NCBI GenBank assembly: GCA_043802315.1
Contig: JAZDLE010000027.1
Location: 1-45,628 of the forward strand
Length of the DNA stretch: 45,628 nucleotides
Direction of reading: 5' to 3'
From: Nitrospirota bacterium
GTDB taxonomy: Bacteria; Nitrospirota; Thermodesulfovibrionia; Thermodesulfovibrionales; SM23-35
Under the pieces are notes generated by a model that saw nothing but the letters and a program-made list of their open reading frames with translations, was not told the DNA's origin and ran no database searches. Within the stretch, counting starts at the first letter, position 1. Each line of letters starts with the position of its first letter. Positions 44,429 to 45,628 of the stretch are shown one piece after another. The position numbers and the translations under genes were made by a program.

Positions 44429-45628
44429 TTATTCCAGTATTCCTGTAACAACACCTGCACCGACAGTCCTTCCACCCTCTCTGATGGCAAACCGTAACTC
44501 CTTCTCCATCGCTATCGGTACAATAAGCTCTACCACGAGATTTATGTTGTCCCCAGGCATCACCATCTCTACCCCCTCAGGTAGATGGGCTACCCCTGTT
44601 ACATCCGTCGTCCTGAAGTAAAACTGAGGCCTGTATCCCTTGAAAAAGGGTGTGTGCCTTCCCCCCTCTTCCTTCGTCAATACATACACCTCTGCCTTGA
44701 ACTTCGTATGAGGCGTTATACTGCCAGGCTTCGCTAACACCATCCCCCTCTCTACTTCGTCCTTCCCTGTGCCCCTCAACAATACCCCAATGTTGTCTCC
44801 CGCTCGACCTTCATCAAGAAGCTTCCTGAACATCTCCACCCCTGTGGCTACCGTCTTCCTCGTCTCCCGAATCCCTACAATCTCTACCTCCTCACCTACC
44901 TTTACCACTCCACGCTCTACTCTACCCGTCACAACCGTCCCGCGTCCCGATATCGAAAATACATCCTCTATCGGCATCAAAAATGGCTTTTCGATCGGCC
45001 TCTCAGGAGTTGGTATGTAGCTGTCTACAGCATCCAAAAGCCCCTGGATGCTCTTGTATTCCTCTGTATTCGGATCAGTACTGCTACTCTCCATCGCCTT
45101 CAGCGCACTTCCCCTGATCACAGGTATCTTGTCCCCAGGAAATTGATACTTCATCAGAAGCTCCCTCATCTCAAGCTCTACTAAATCCAAAAGCGCAGGA
45201 TCATCCACCATGTCTACCTTGTTCATGAATACCACTATGTACGGCACCCCAACCTGCCTCGCCAATAAAATGTGCTCCCTCGTCTGTGGCATCGGCCCAT
45301 CGTTCGCACCCACCACCAGAATCGCTCCATCCATCTGTGCCGCACCCGTGATCATGTTCTTTATGTAATCAGCATGCCCAGGACAATCTACATGTGCATA
45401 ATGCCTCTTGTCCGTCTCATACTCTACATGTGCCGTCGCTATCGTTATCCCCCTCGCCTTCTCCTCCGGCGCATTGTCTATGCTATCAAATGACCGGTAC
45501 TGCGCCATCCCCTTCATCGCAAGATACTTCGTGATCGCTGAGGTGAGTGTCGTCTTCCCATGGTCAATATGACCTATCGTCCCAACATTTACATGGGGCT
45601 TTACCCTCTCAAATTTAGCCTTTGCCAT
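44429..45628 (-). CDS. tuf: elongation factor Tu
   Basis: [14 protein letters not shown] and NKVD GTPase motifs. The ATG lies exactly at the window edge. Confidence 0.97.
   Translation of the reverse strand: MAKAKFERVKPHVNVGTIGHIDHGKTTLTSAITKYLAMKGMAQYRSFDSIDNAPEEKARGITIATAHVEYETDKRHYAHVDCPGHADYIKNMITGAAQMDGAILVVGANDGPMPQTREHILLARQVGVPYIVVFMNKVDMVDDPALLDLVELEMRELLMKYQFPGDKIPVIRGSALKAMESSSTDPNTEEYKSIQGLLDAVDSYIPTPERPIEKPFLMPIEDVFSISGRGTVVTGRVERGVVKVGEEVEIVGIRETRKTVATGVEMFRKLLDEGRAGDNIGVLLRGTGKDEVERGMVLAKPGSITPHTKFKAEVYVLTKEEGGRHTPFFKGYRPQFYFRTTDVTGVAHLPEGVEMVMPGDNINLVVELIVPIAMEKELRFAIREGGRTVGAGVVTGILE

Overview
AT-rich bacterial chromosomal window; gene content suggests an anaerobe, but the phylum cannot be verified from sequence alone. 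There are three blocks.

(1) 1-12.8 kb is an oxidative-stress, metal and thiol island. It holds a Fur/PerR-like regulator, a DPS-like ferritin, a cytochrome-b5-like protein, a ZIP transporter, a cupin, an exported Trx-like plus 1-Cys peroxiredoxin pair, and TlpA. It also holds an HPF-cold-shock fusion, a stand-alone DUF262 protein, a nitrilase-family hydrolase, a Crp/Fnr regulator and a ferredoxin-like protein. A decayed RayT-like transposase and a visibly GC-rich foreign AAA+ ATPase interrupt the island.

(2) 13-29 kb holds a glcD-like FAD oxidase, smc and fdhD. It also holds a minus-strand type IV pilus motor and regulation cluster, pilB-pilB-pilT-pilC-pilS-pilR, with no pilin gene. An IS fragment and a Toprim/YraN pair follow.

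(3) 29.8-45.6 kb, minus strand, is tuf plus the S10-spc-alpha ribosomal superoperon, running rpsJ to rplQ with secY, map, infA, rpmJ and rpoA.

No rRNA, tRNA or CRISPR was seen. I found no multi-gene candidate for a new system. The most unusual signal is a dense population of small palindromic repeat families. Copies sit in intergenic regions and in four junctions of the ribosomal operon. One is translated in frame inside smc. Other points are tandem pilB paralogs with near-identical tracts, an apparent CTG start for rpsC, and candidate operators for the Fur-like and Crp/Fnr-like regulators. All family assignments come from reading the translations and recalling motifs; no database search was possible.
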